64,000 bases of DNA from Mobula hypostoma (lineage: Eukaryota): the NCBI RefSeq assembly GCF_963921235.1, contig NC_086097.1:186746001-186810000 (forward strand), given 5' to 3'. Below the pieces are notes generated by a model. The model had not been told where the DNA came from. It did no database searches and saw nothing but the letters and a program-made list of their open reading frames with translations. Of this stretch, positions 26,007 through 39,120 are shown one piece after another; positions within the stretch are counted from its first letter, which is position 1; every line of letters begins with the position of its first letter. The translations under genes were made by a program, and so were the position numbers.

Positions 26007-26294
26007 ATCAATCAGAAGTCATACACAAGTGGTAGAAGAAACACCAGAAATGGAAGCGGTTAATAAAGTGGCAACACAGAATATTTCTGCAGTAGAGGAA
26101 ACGTTCAGCATGAGTCTACTGAATTCTACACAAAAAAAACATTCGAATGAAGAAAAGAGACAAACATTGACGATTGATAACAAAAAAACGTCCACAGCAA
26201 CAAAACATAAGCACGCTGAAAGGAAAGGCAACAACTCTTCCCAAAAACAGTCCCATCTTATCCACGACTACTTCCAACCAGTGGAAAGAAAAAG
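26007..26294 (+). CDS. NBN: Nibrin exon (exon 10 equivalent)
   Basis: ttacag|A...AAAAG|gtgaaa, 288 bp open; ends QSHLIHDYFQPVERKR (human SIRNYFQPSTKKR). Confidence 0.88.
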
Positions 26295-27026
26295 GTGAAA
26301 CTTCAGATTATACGAAGGATAACTAATGAAACTTTCAGTTTAAAAAAAAACAAACTGCTGGAGGAACTCCATATATCAGGCTGCATCTCAGGAGGGGAAG
26401 TGGACAGAAGATGTTTTGGGTTGAGACCCTTCACTTGGACTGAAAGGACAGATAGCCATTGAGGGTAAGGGGTGGAGCTAGAGCTGGCAACTGATAGCTG
26501 GATGCATTGAGGAGGGATAAAAGGCAGATTGGGGAGAGAAGGGTGAAAATAGTGACAAGGATGGAGGGTACTCTTTGATCGTAGAATGTAGGTGATGTGC
26601 AGATAGAACGGGTGGAGGAGAGGAAAGAAACAGGATGATAATAATTGCAGGGGTGGGGTTTTGGGTGTGTGAAAGAGGAACTGGGTGTAGCAAGTGAAAC
26701 TATTAGTGGTGGTTTTCCCTTCTTTGGTTAGCTTAATACTATTTCAATTTTATTTCCATTCCTATTGTTTTTAAATTGTTTTGCCTACATATTAAAAGAA
26801 CAGGTCAACATGTTCAGTTTGATGATCTTATATTTCATTTCATTACTGTAAACAGATTAGATAGTGATTGAGAATTGCATTCTGATGATCTCTTAAGCTA
26901 AAATACACTATTAGTACTTGCTGTGCATCTTTCAATCCCTATCTTTAGCAGAATTAAAAAGCTGGAATGAAAATTAAAGGAGATTGTAACTTGAATTCTT
27001 TTATATGCATGTATTAAAAAATACAG

Positions 27027-27477
27027 GGAAAGAGAGGAAACTGGATTATCTCAGGCTAAATTTGCAAGAACAGAGGGCCCAGACCTACTAGATGATCATC
27101 CTCCACACATTGATTCCACAATGGAAACAAAAGATTCTGAATGCAGAAATCAGAGTACACAGACCAAATATTTTTCTGAAAACCTCAAAACAGAATCCAA
27201 TGCCAAGTGTTCAAAAGGTAATGCTGGACCATTAGATGAAGCAAAAACAACAGGAGATGATGTCCCACAGAAAAATGAACTTCTGTGTGAGTTTAAAACA
27301 GAAAAAAGAAAACATGAAGAAAACCTGGAAGATGACGTGATATTTTCCGGAGATCAACTACTGGGAGAGAGTAAAAGGAGAAAGGTAGAACTTGACGTTT
27401 TGACATACAGTATGAAGGATGAGCATATGACAGATGTGAAAGATGAGCCCGTGTCAGAGAATGGGGTTAAAATACCT
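27027..27477 (+). CDS. NBN: Nibrin exon (exon 11 equivalent)
   Basis: atacag|G...ATACCT|gtgagt, 451 bp open; starts REREETGLSQAKFARTE, completing a KRERE NLS-like motif; in frame with ORF 27121..27525. Confidence 0.88.
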
Positions 27478-28884
27478 GTGAGTAATGCTTTGTTTAAATT
27501 AATGGTTTTACTTGTGTGCATATAGAACAATCATTTTAATAGAAAGATGATGTAAACCTAATAGCTGCTTCCTTCCTTTGCAAGATAAAATAATAGCTTC
27601 TTAAATTCAACCCTTGCCATTATGTTTAAGAAATTACCACCAAACCTCCTACACAATAATTAAAAAGGAGTACTCTGTAGTTTTTCTTTTATTAGATTTA
27701 TCTTTTAGTATTCCATCAAGTCAGAATCAGGTTTATTATCACTGGCATGTATTGTGAAATTTGTTAACTTAGCAGCAGCAGTTCAATACAATACATAATA
27801 TAGAAGAAGAAGGAAAGAAAATATAATAAGTGAATCAATTATGGTTTATGTTCAGTGGGTACTCTGCAACAACTGTTAACAAGTGAAAACTGCTGATGCT
27901 GTAAATCTGAATTACACAGAACATGCTTGAAAAACTCCGGTCATCAAGCTGCATTTGTAGAAAGAGACAGAGTTTGATGAAAGGTCTCAGACCTGAGCCA
28001 TTAATTCTGATTTCCTTTCCACTATTGTTGTCTGACCTGTTGACTGTTTTCAAGTGATGGGTAGAAAATGGAACATTGCAAGTTTCATCTTAGGGAAGTT
28101 AAGATCAATTAAATGAAGTTTCTGCTAGCCCTGTTGAAATTATTCATTCTACTGTAACTTCCAGTTGTCTAAGAAGTTTTCAATATTTTTATCACTGAAT
28201 TTTTTGAAGTACTCAGTATGTGCATTTATTATTACAATCTACCTTGAGATATATTGCGGACCATTTCTTGTACTTTGCTGCAGTTTTAATTGTTAATATG
28301 ATTGTCATTTGGGAATTTGGATTTGCTTTTAAAATTTAAGTATTTGGACTATATTTGGAATTTTGAAGCAATATTTGGAACATAAAGCTATTAATTAAAC
28401 TTATGAGCTAGTGCTTTAATCAAATAGGTAGGTGCCACGTTTTAGTACAAGTATAGATTATCATGATGTATAGAAATTGTATTGCATACTTTGTGTTATT
28501 ATCCATTATGGAAAAGATTTAGTGCATCAGAGGTGTTAAACTCTGTTCAGAAAATGAATATTCAATTTTTTTCCATTAATATTGAAAGTCGACGATAATT
28601 AAAATTATGCCCTCAGTGCATTTGTTTGTACAGCAGAGTTTGAAAATATATAGAAAATCATATATTTACAGCCAGTAAACTTTTCTGTTTCTTCTTCGTG
28701 TCAAAGTATTGGAGACCACAAGTAGAGTACAAAATTAAGCTTGAAGTCATTGAGACATTTAAAGAGTACCCTAAATAGTTAAAAGGAATGAAGATTATCT
28801 GATGCAAATGAGCGTCAAGCTGAAGTACTACAGTCCCCGGGTTATGTTAGGAATATGGTCCTGAGAACTGTTTTCTTATATACA

Positions 28885-31805
28885 AGTATTCCCAGGGTTC
28901 TGAAAGAGGTGGCTAAAGAGATTGTGGAATAATGCCTTCAAGAAACTCTACATTCTGGATTGGTTCCAGAAGACTGGAAAATGACAGATGTCACTATATA
29001 CTTCAAGAAGGGAGAGAGGCAGAAGAAAGGAAATTATAGGCCAGTTAGTCTGACCTCTGGTTGGGAAGTTCTCGGAGTCGATTGTTAAGGATATGGTTTT
29101 GAGATACGTGAGGTGAGGCACATGACAAAATAGGCCAAAGTCAACATGGTTTCCTCAAGGGAAAATCTTAACTTACAAATCTGTTAGAATTCTTTGAAGA
29201 AATAACACGCAGGATAGACAAAAGAGAATTGGTGGATGTTGTGTACTTGGATTCTCAGAAGGCCTTTGACAAGATGCCACACACGAGGCTGCTTTACAAA
29301 CTACAAGCCCATGGTATTAGAGAAAAGATTCCAGTGTGGATAGAGCAGTGGATGATTGGCAGGAGGCAAAGAGTGGGAATGAAAGGAGCCTTTTCTGGTT
29401 GGCTACTGGTGACTAGTGGTATTCCACAGGGGTCTGTATTGGGACCGATTCATAGTCATACTTTATTGATCTCGGGGGAAATTGGTTTTCGTTACAGTTG
29501 CACCATAAATAATTAAATAGTAATAAAACCATAAATAATTAAATAGTAATATGTAAATTATGCCAGGAAATAAGTCCAGGACCAGCCTATTGGCTCAGGG
29601 TGTCTGACCTTCCAAGGGAGGAGTTGTAAAGTTTGATGGCCACAGACAGGAATGACTCCCTATGATGCTCTGTGTTGCATCTCGGTGGAATGAGTCTCTG
29701 GCTGAAAGTACTCCTGTGCCCAACCAGTACATTATGTAGTGGATGGGAGACATTGTCCAAGATGGCATGCAACTTGGACAGCATCCTCTTGTCAGACACC
29801 ACGGTCAGAGAGTCCAGTTCCAACCCCACAACATCACTGGCCTTGTGAATGAGTTTGTTGATTCTGTTGGTGTCTGCTACCCTCAGCCTGCTGCCCCAGC
29901 ACACAACAGCAAACGTGATCGCACTGGCCACCACAGACTCATAGAACATCCTCAGCATCGTCCGGCAGATGTTAAAGGACCTCAGTCTCCTCAGGAAGTA
30001 GAGACGGCTCTGTCCTTTCTTGTAGACAGCCTCACTGTTCTTTGACCAGTCCCGTTTATTGTCAATTTGTATCCCCAGGTATTTGTAATCCTCCACCATG
30101 TCCACACTGACCCCCTGGATGGAAACAGGGGTCACCAGTACCTTAGCTCTCCTCAGGTCTACCACCAGCTCCTTAGTCTTTTTCACATTAAGCTGCAGGT
30201 AATTCTGCTCACACCATGTGACAAAGTTTCCTACCGTAGCCCTGTACTCAGCCTCATCTCCCTTGCTGATGCATCCAACTATGGCAGAGCCATCCAAAAA
30301 CTTCTGAAGATGACAAGACTCTGTGCAGTAGTTGAAGTCCGAGGTGTAAATGGTGAAGAGAAAGGGAGACAAGACGTGGTCTCTTATTACGTTGTATGTC
30401 AATGATTTAAATGATGGAATTGATGGCTTTGTTGCAAAGTTTGCAGATGGTAGATAGGTAGAGGGGCAGGTAGCTTTGAGGAAATGGGGAGGCTACAGAG
30501 GGCTTAAACAGATTAGGAGAATGGGCAAAAAAGTGGCAAATGGAAGGCAGTGTTGGGAAGTGTATCGTCGTGTACTTCAGTAAAAGAAATGAAAGGGTTA
30601 GGAGAAAATTTTAAAAAGTCTGAGGTGCAAGTGGATTTGGAAGTCCTTGTGCAGGATTCCCTAAAGGTTAATTTGCAGGTTGAGTCTGTGGTGATAAAGG
30701 CAAATGCAATGTTAGCATTCATTTCAAGAAGACTAGAATATAAAAGCAAGGATGTAGTGCTGACTGTTTATTAAAGCACTGGTGAGGCCTCACTTGGAGT
30801 GAGGACTCACCAGTGTACAGGTTTGGGGCCCTTAGAAAGGATGTGCTGAAACAAGAGACGGTTCAAAGGAAGTTCATGAAAATGTTTCCAGGATTAAAGA
30901 GTTTGTCATATGAAGAGTGTTTGATGGCTCTGGGCCTGGTCATAAAGAAGGGAAAAATGGAATACAAATGTAAGATAGACAATAGTATTAAGGAGGATAC
31001 CAAAAATCTCTTCAGATATATCGTGTAAAAATGAGGTGAGAGTAGATATCATACCGATGGAAAATGATACTGGAGAGGTACTAATGACAAGAAAAATGGC
31101 AGGCAAACTTAATAAATATTTGGTATCAGTCTTCACTGTGGAAGACGCGAGTTATGTGCCAGAAGTTCAAGAGTGCCAGGGGGCAGTAGCAAGTGAGGTT
31201 GCCATTACTAGAAGACAGTGTTTTGGAAACTGAAAGGTCTGAAGCTAGACAAGTCATTTGGAAGGAGGGATTATCTCATTGAAACATATTTGGTGTTGAA
31301 AGGCATCAATAAAGTGGATGTGGAGAGGATGTTTCCTATGATGGGGTTGTCTGTGATCAGAGTACACAGCCTCAAAATTCAGGGGTGTCCGTTTAGAACG
31401 GAGATGAAGAAGAATTTCTTTAGCCAGTTAGTGGTGAATCTGTGGAATTTGCTGTGAAGGCCAAGTGTTTATGTATATTTAAGGCAAAGATTGATAGATT
31501 CTTGATTCTGAATGGACATTGAAACTTTGGACACTACCTCACTTTTTTAATATACAGTATTTCTGTTTTTGCACATTTTTAAAAATGTATTCAATAAATG
31601 TAACTGATTTACTTGTTTATTTATTATTATGTTTTATTTTTTTTTTTCCTCTCTCTCTGCTAGATTATGTATTGCATTGAACTGCTGCTGCTAAGTTAAC
31701 AAATTTCACGTCACGTGCCGGTGATAATAAACCTGATTCTGATTCTGGTTAATCAGGGCATAAAGGGATACGGGGAGGAAGCATGAGAATGGGGTTGAGA
31801 GGGAA
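28885..31805 (+). mobile_element. Rearranged CR1 LINE with nested Rex/Babar inserts
   Basis: CR1 RT remnants at 29229, 30550, 30813 and 31218; interrupted at 29452-30380 and 31510-31747. Confidence 0.8.
29452..30380 (-). mobile_element. Rex/Babar-type LINE 3' fragment
   Basis: Open 271-aa frame LSPFLFTIYTSD...LNVKKTKELVVDLRR...YKYLG...SRLYFLRRLRSF. Confidence 0.9.
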
Positions 31806-32398
31806 TTGGAAGAAGGAAGACTTGATTATTATGTGGTTATTACCAGCAAATAGAGAAGCAGATCTCCCCATTTGAGGAACCTATGAAAGATTGTGGTGTC
31901 CTGTTGGATCCATTTTGGAATCCACTGGAGCAACATGAGCAGGTTACCTTTATGAACCTGCTGCTTCTAATGGAATAAAAGGATAAATCCCCATATTAAT
32001 GTAGTATTGGGGGTGTATTTCTACATCTGGTATTAGATCAGATTCTATCTTTTTTGAAAAGTAATTGCTGTTTTTTGAAAAAAAGTTATTTTCTAAGACA
32101 CAGTTGATTCTTTTCTGGATTAATGAAAGAATTAGATGTTCAAAGTACATTATAAAACTCCTCAAAGCAGTACAAACATATTAGGAGGAAATGAGTGTAC
32201 ATAATTTTATATCACTTCTATGAAAGTTCTATAACTTCAATTCCTTTCTGTCATTTACACTACAAAACACTGCTTATCAAATGATCTTATAAATATTAAT
32301 TATGATTTCAAATACAGCATTTTCATGAAAAAGTCCATTATCAAATTAATGTTCCATCATTTTAGAGTGTTTTGATAATTTTTTTCTTTGTTTTATAG

Positions 32399-32566
32399 CA
32401 TTTGGAATTACTGCAGCAATCTGAAAATTATGATACTACTCCAAGCAAACTTATGTTAACTGTGTTCAAGTCACTTGTTGTTACTCAGCCTGGAAGAGCG
32501 ACTCAACCTATCTCCAGTAACAATGCCAATGACACCCAACTGAAGAACTTTAAAAAATTTACAAAG
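32399..32566 (+). CDS. NBN: Nibrin exon (exon 13 equivalent, MRE11-binding region)
   Basis: ttatag|CAT...ACAAAG|gttaat, 168 bp; PSKLMLTVFKSLVV...QLKNFKKFTK contains the NFKxFxK motif. Confidence 0.95.
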
Positions 32567-32737
32567 GTTAATATTTGTTTTCACATTTGTACTGTAGATA
32601 GTAAATAGGTTTATGAATTACATTACCTAAACAATTAATGATCATTCAGCAAACTTAAATGTATATGCTATTATATGAAATGGGTCAAATCTTTCTGTAA
32701 AAGTAGCTGAATGTTTTGTTTTAAAAAATGCACAATA

Positions 32738-33600
32738 CAGTGGATTCTGGTCAATTGGGACATGTTAGGACCAGTACATTTTTGGCTCAATGAAGCAGCT
32801 GTCACAATTAGCACAAGTTTCATGGGAATACCTGTAGTTAAAAAGGTATAAAAGAAGACAAATCAGAACACTTTAAAACTGTATTAATTCCTAATAGTTA
32901 CTGACAAAATAATTCATCCAGGGTACACTGCCATGTTCCTTTGATTGTAATTGAACAAAATCAGTGCAGGCATCTAGTGCAGATAATGGACTGCCTTCAT
33001 AAAATGCTTTCAATGAGATTGCATCCTCTAAATCTTTTTTTTTCATTGTAACATTTAAGATGATTGCTGATACCTTTGCATTCTTCAAAGTTCTTAACTT
33101 GATGAAGCAGTGAAATCGTTTTATTTTCACTTCTGGCCATTTCTGGCATTTCCAAGCCTGAATACTTGAAACTGCGGTGAGCAATACAGTTTTGAATTGT
33201 CTTACTGCTTATTTCTTGCCAACTAGCAATGATAAAAATCACTGCTTTTTTTGAAGCACATGCAATTGATGCAATTTAAAACCAGCCACACAAATGCACG
33301 CAACTGATGCTAGTTAAAAGTTGTTCACCAATAGTCTTCTGTCCTATTAAGCAGCATAGTTTTTTTTTTCTTTTTTAAAATGTATTCATTTATGGGATGT
33401 GGGCGATGCCAACTCAGCCAACATTTATTGCCCATCCCTAGTTGTCCTTGAGAAGGTGGTGATGAGCTACCTTCTTGAACCACTGCAGTCCATGAGTTGC
33501 AGTCCAAGACCCCTTTGCTGATGATTGAGAGAAGGCTGATAGGGCAGTAATTGGCTGGGTTGGACTTGTCCTGTTTCCCAAATAGTGTCCCAAATAAAAT
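32738..33600 (-). mobile_element. Tigger/pogo-like DNA transposon remnant
   Basis: TA then TIR CAGTGGATTCTGGTCAATT; - strand IIASWQEISSKTIQNC resembles the pogo DDE C-terminal W-x2-I-x3-T-I-x-N-C motif. Confidence 0.7.
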
Positions 33601-33704
33601 TCACATCTTTTGTTTCTTCTACAAAAGTTTTAGGCACCTCAGCTGTATATATGTGCCTAAGGGTTTTGTATAGTACTGTATTTCTATTATTGCACGTTTT
33701 CAGT

Positions 33705-36700
33705 TTTAGACCATCAGATATAGGAGCAGAAGTAGGCCATTTGGCCCGTCAAGTCTGCTCTGCCATTTAATCATGGGCTGATCCAATTCTCCCAGTCATC
33801 CCCACTCCCCTGCTTTCACTTCATACCCTTTGATGCCCTGACTAATCAAGAACCTAAATATTTCTGCCTTAAATACACCCAATGACTTGGCCTCCACAGC
33901 TGCTCATGACAACAAGTTCCACAGATTTACCACCCTCTGACAAAAGCAATTTCTCCATATCTCAGTTCTAAAAGGATGTCCTTCAATCCTGAAGTCCTGC
34001 CCTCTTGTCCTAGAATCCCTTACCATGGGAAATAACTTTGCCATCTCTAATTTGTTCAGGCCTTTTAACATTCAGAATGTTTCTATGAGATCCCCCCTTC
34101 GTTCTCCTGAAATCCAGGGAATACAGCCCAAGAGCTGCTAGACGTTTCTCATATGGTAACCCTTTCATTCCTGGAATCATTATTGTTAATATTCTCTGAA
34201 CCATTTCCAATGTCAGTGTATCCTTTCTAAAATAAGGAGCCCAAAACTGCACACAATATTCCAAGTGTGATCTCACGAGTGCCTTATAAATCCTCAACAT
34301 CACATCCCTGCTCTTATATTCTAAACCTCTAGAAATGAATGCCAACATTGCATTCACCTTCTTCACAACCGACTCAACCTGGAGGTTAACCTTTAGGGTA
34401 TCTTGCACAAGGGCTCCCAAGTCCCTTTGCATCTCTGCATTTTGAATTCTCTACCCATCTAAATAATAATCTGCTCGTTTATTTCTTCCAGCAAAGTGCA
34501 TGACCATACGCTTTCCAACATTGTATTTCATTTGCCACTTCTTTACCCATTCCCCTAAACTATCTAAGTCTCTCTGCAGGCTCTCTGTTTCGTCAACACT
34601 GCCTGCTCCTCCACCTATCTTTGTATCATTGGCAAATTTAGCCACAAATCCATTAATACCGTAGTCCAAATTATTGACGTACATCGTGAAAAGCAGTGGC
34701 CCAAACACTGACTCCTGTGGAACTCCACTGGTAACCGGCAGCCAGCCAGAATAGGATCCCTTTATTCCCACTCTGTTTTCTGCCAACCAGCCAATGCTCC
34801 AGCCATGCTAGTAACTCCCCTGTAATTCCATGGGCTCTTATCTTGCTAAGCAGCCTCATTTGCGGCACCTTGTCAAAGGCCTTCTGAAAATCGAAGTACA
34901 CCACGTCTACTGCATCTCCTTTGTCTACTCTGCTTGCAATTTCCTCAAGGAATTGCAGTAGGTTAGTCAGGCAGGATTTTCCTTTCAGGAAACCATGCTG
35001 GCTTTGGCCTATCTTCTCAGTGCCTCCAGGTACTCCGTAATCTCATCCCTAACAATGAATTCCAACAACTTCCCAACCACTGATGTCAGGCTAACAGGTC
35101 TACAGTTTTATAGCGGAATAACATTTGCAATTTTCCAGTCATCCGGTACAGTGCCAGAATCTATCAATTCTTGAAAGATCATCATTAATGCCTCCACAAT
35201 CTCCCCAGCTACTTCCTTTGGAACCCAAGGGTGCATTCCATTAGGTCCAGGAGATTTATCGACCCTCAGACCATTAAGCTTCCTGAGCACCTTCTCAGTC
35301 GTCATTTTCACTGCACAAACTTCACTTCCCTGACACTCTTGAATGTCCGGTATATTGTAGACGTCTTCCACTGTGAAGACTGATGCAAAATATGCATTCT
35401 GTTCCTCTGCCATCTCTGCATCTCTCATTACAATATCTCCAGTGTCATTTTGTATTGGTCCTATATCTACCCTTGACTCTCTTTCACCCTTTATATACTT
35501 AAAGCTTTTAGTATCTTCTTTGATATTAGTTACCAGCTTCATCTCATAATTCATCTTTTCCTTCCGAATGACCTCCTTAGTTTCCTTCTTTAAGTTTTTA
35601 AAAGCTCCCCAATCCTCTATCTTCCCACTACCTCTGGCTTCCTTGTATGCCCTCTCTTTTGCTTTTATTTTGGCTCTGACTTCACTTGGCAGCCACAGTA
35701 GTGTCCTTTTTCCCTTTGAAAATTTCTTCCTATTTGGAATATATCTGTCTTGCACTTCCCTCATTTTTTGCAGAAACTCCAGCCGTTGCAGCTCTGCTGT
35801 CCTTCCTGCAAATGTCCCTTTCTATTCAACTTCGGCCAGTTCACCTCTCATGCCATTGTAATTTCCTTTATTCCACTGAAATACCGACACATTGGACTTT
35901 ATTTTTTCCCTCTCAAATTTCAAAGTGAATTCGATCATATTGTGATCACTGTTCTCTAAGAGTTCCTTAACCTTACGCTCTCTTATCACCTCCGGATCAT
36001 TGCACAACACCCAATCCAGCACAGCTGATCCCCTAGTGGGCTCAACAACAAGCTGTTCTAAAAAGCCATCCCTTAGACATTCTACATATTCCCACTCTGG
36101 AGGTCCAGTACTGACCTGGTTTGTTCCCAATCCCATGTTAAAATCCCCAATGATTATCATGACATTGCCTTTCTGACACGCTTTTTCTATCTCCTGCTGT
36201 AATTTGTAATCCACATCCCGGCTGCTGTCCGGAGGCCTGTATACAACTGCCATTTTACCCTTACCATTTCTTAACTCAACCCATTGAGATTCTATACCAC
36301 CTCATCCTATGTCATCTCTTTCCAATTATTTAATATTATTTCTTATACACAGAGCCACACCAACCCAGCTGCCTATTAACCTATCTTTCTGATATACAGT
36401 ATGTCTTTGGATATTCAGCTCCCAATGGCAGCCATCCTTTTGCCAAGTTTCGGAGATGGCCACACTGTCATATTTGCCAATCTGTAGCTGAATTTCAAGA
36501 TCGTCCATTTTATTCCTTATGCTGTGTGTATTCAAATACAACATTCTCAGTCCAGTATTTGTTGCTTTCTGTTCTAACTGCACCACACCTCTATTGCCCT
36601 GTATCTCATGCCACTGGCTTTGATTAAATTTTATCTCCTGCCTGTTCTTTCTGTAATCTCTGTTGCATGCTATCTTTGATTTATTTCTGTTTTCCCCTTC

Positions 36701-36720
36701 CTCAGCGTTATCACTCTGGT
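33705..36720 (-). mobile_element. CR1 LINE, near-complete degenerate ORF2
   Basis: LYLNTHSIRNK, ETW, IGDFN, SDHN, KSPGPNGMHP, GVPQESVFGP, KFANDTK. Confidence 0.92.
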
Positions 36721-36929
36721 GGTAAGATTTTTTTGATGCTTTGCTTCTTCTGCAATCATTAATTTCTGTTGTTAATACAAAAAAATAACCTTTTGTCCCA
36801 ACAGTTTTAGAAGGTCAAATTGTTTCTTCGCATTTAATGCCAATATCAAGTTATGATGATTGCTTTTCTATTGTTATTTAATGGGGCGTGTTTTATGTGT
36901 AAGTTTAAATGTAACATATGTTTGTTACC

Positions 36930-39120
36930 AAGAGTCATAGACCACTACAGCACAGAAACAGGCCATTTGGGCCATCTAGTCTATGCTGAACCATTCATCT
37001 GCCTAGTCCAATCAACCTGGACCATAGCTCTCCAAATCCCTCCCATCCATATAACTATCAAAATTTCTCAAAAATACTGAAATCAAACCCACATTCACCA
37101 ATTTCGCAGGCAGCTTGTTCCACACACTTACCACCCTCTGAAGAAAGAAATTCCCCTCCACGTTCCCCTTAAACACTTCATGTTTCACCTTTAACCTATA
37201 ACTTCTAGTTGTAGTCTCATCCAACCTCCATGGAAAAAACCTGTGTGCGTTTACCCTATCTTTACCCCTCATAATTTTGTAAACCTCTATCAAATCTCCC
37301 CTCTATCTTCTACATTCCAAGAAATAAAGTCCTAATCTTTCCCTATAAATTGGGTCCTCAAGCCTGGCAACACCGTTGTAACTTTTCTCTGCACTCATTT
37401 CTGTCCTGTAGGTGGGAGACCAGACCTGCACACAGTACTCTAAATTAGGCCTCACCAATGTCTTATACAATTTCAACATAACATTGCTAAGGAACTGAGC
37501 CTCCTTCCCTTGCTAAATTCCATGTTGACAACAACTGCCTTGGCTTTATCAATTTTCCTCGTAACTTCCTTGAAAAACTCTCAAAACATTAGTTAGGCAC
37601 GACCTACCACACCTAGAAAGTTCACTGCTCTCATCAGTCCCTGCCTATCCAAATACTGAAATATCCGATCCCTTAGAATTCCTAACATAAACTTTCCCAT
37701 CCGGCTCATCAGCCTATAACTTCCTGGCTTATTCTTAGAGCCTTCCTTAAACAACAAAACAATATTAACTATCCTCCAGTTCTCTGGCATCTTCCCCTAG
37801 GCCAGCCTTTCTCAACCTTTTTGCCTTGGAGGAGCCCTTGAAATAATTTTCAGGTCTCAGTGAACTGCTGCATAAAAGTTATTATATCTGCAGCTCATGG
37901 TATATTAGCATGATCAATAAGTTGTAGAGATAATAATCAAAAAATAATTGTCAATGCTCTTTTGAGTAAAGAATGAATTTTTAGCCAACCTTTCTTGGGG
38001 ATAAAGTAACAGGTTGTTAAGCTTGGCTTGCCTTTCTTGAAACACATTTCTATCATAAATTTTAAAAACTCATAGTAATTTTTTTTTTAAACTGGCTTAA
38101 GCCAAAATGGAATTTAATTTTTCTAAAAGTAGGCTTGGTAGATTTAATTTAAATAAAAGTTGTAAGCTGATTTTAGTTAAAAGCTTTACTGTTTGCTTTG
38201 AGATTCCAGTAGCTTTTTAAAATAATCAGCACTTTTACGTGTCATATAGCAGTGATTTGCAGTTAAGTGACTTTTCACTTTTACTGAGTCATTGCTGCAT
38301 TTTAAAATTGTTTGCTGCAGTCTAGGAACAGTGGACTAGGGGTTAATAAAATATAAAAAACAATGGCATAATTAATAACTAAATGAGAAAACTGCAAAAA
38401 AAAATGCAGTTCACTTCAAACTTACACAATCCACCTTTTGCAACGTTTAAAACAGCAAAGTGGCAGGCCAGCAGCTGAGTCGTGTAAAAATTCCTCCTTT
38501 AGAATGAAAATTTCCCTCCAATTTTCTACTCCACCGGTAGAGTTGTTCATTCTCATAACTCAGTCTGTTGCACTAAAGGGGAAGTTGAGGAAGATAATTC
38601 AGAAGGTAGAGGCTGACATCACATCTCAAGTTGGGCAATTCTATTCGATGCTGGGAAAAAGCACTTTATGCTCCTCGTCAGTCTGCCATCCTCCCATCCG
38701 TGCAATACAGTGCTCATCATCAGCCTACTTCCCTCTTCCCTCCCCTCTGTGCAATAGAGCACTCACCAATTATCAACAGGCTCCCCTATCTCGTGTCAAA
38801 AACTGAGAATAAATATGGTCCTATTGCTCACTGCCGTACTGGGCTGAGGGACCGCTAACAAGGTTTCCAACGAGGTTGCTTGGTCACTGCCTGCCAGCAC
38901 TAACAATACGCGTTGCACAAAGTTCAAAAGATGTTTTTTTTTAAATCACGATCTCTCGCAGAAAAACCTGCAACCTCTCACGGAACCCAGGTTGAGAAAA
39001 CCTGCCCTAGGCTAAGGTTTTTTTAAAATATTTATGCTAGGTACTTGCAACTTCTGCACTAGCCTCCCACAGGGTCTGAGGAAACACCTTGTCAAGCCGT
39101 GGGGATTTTTCCACTCTAAT
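36930..39120 (-). mobile_element. CR1 LINE remnant split by a hAT element
   Basis: MIEVYKIMRG...FFLQRVVSVWNKLP and MPENWRIVNIVLLFKEG; continues beyond 39005. Confidence 0.8.
37803..39004. mobile_element. Non-autonomous hAT DNA transposon
   Basis: Perfect 8-bp TSD CCCTAGGC on both sides; imperfect TIRs CAGCCTTTCTCAACC / GGTTGAGAAAACCTG. Confidence 0.88.

Noticed and set aside
28634..28680. tacag|CAG AGT TTG... as the missing exon 12
   Set aside because: Only a weak phase-2 donor is available and an in-frame stop follows; a phase 0-0 exon is required
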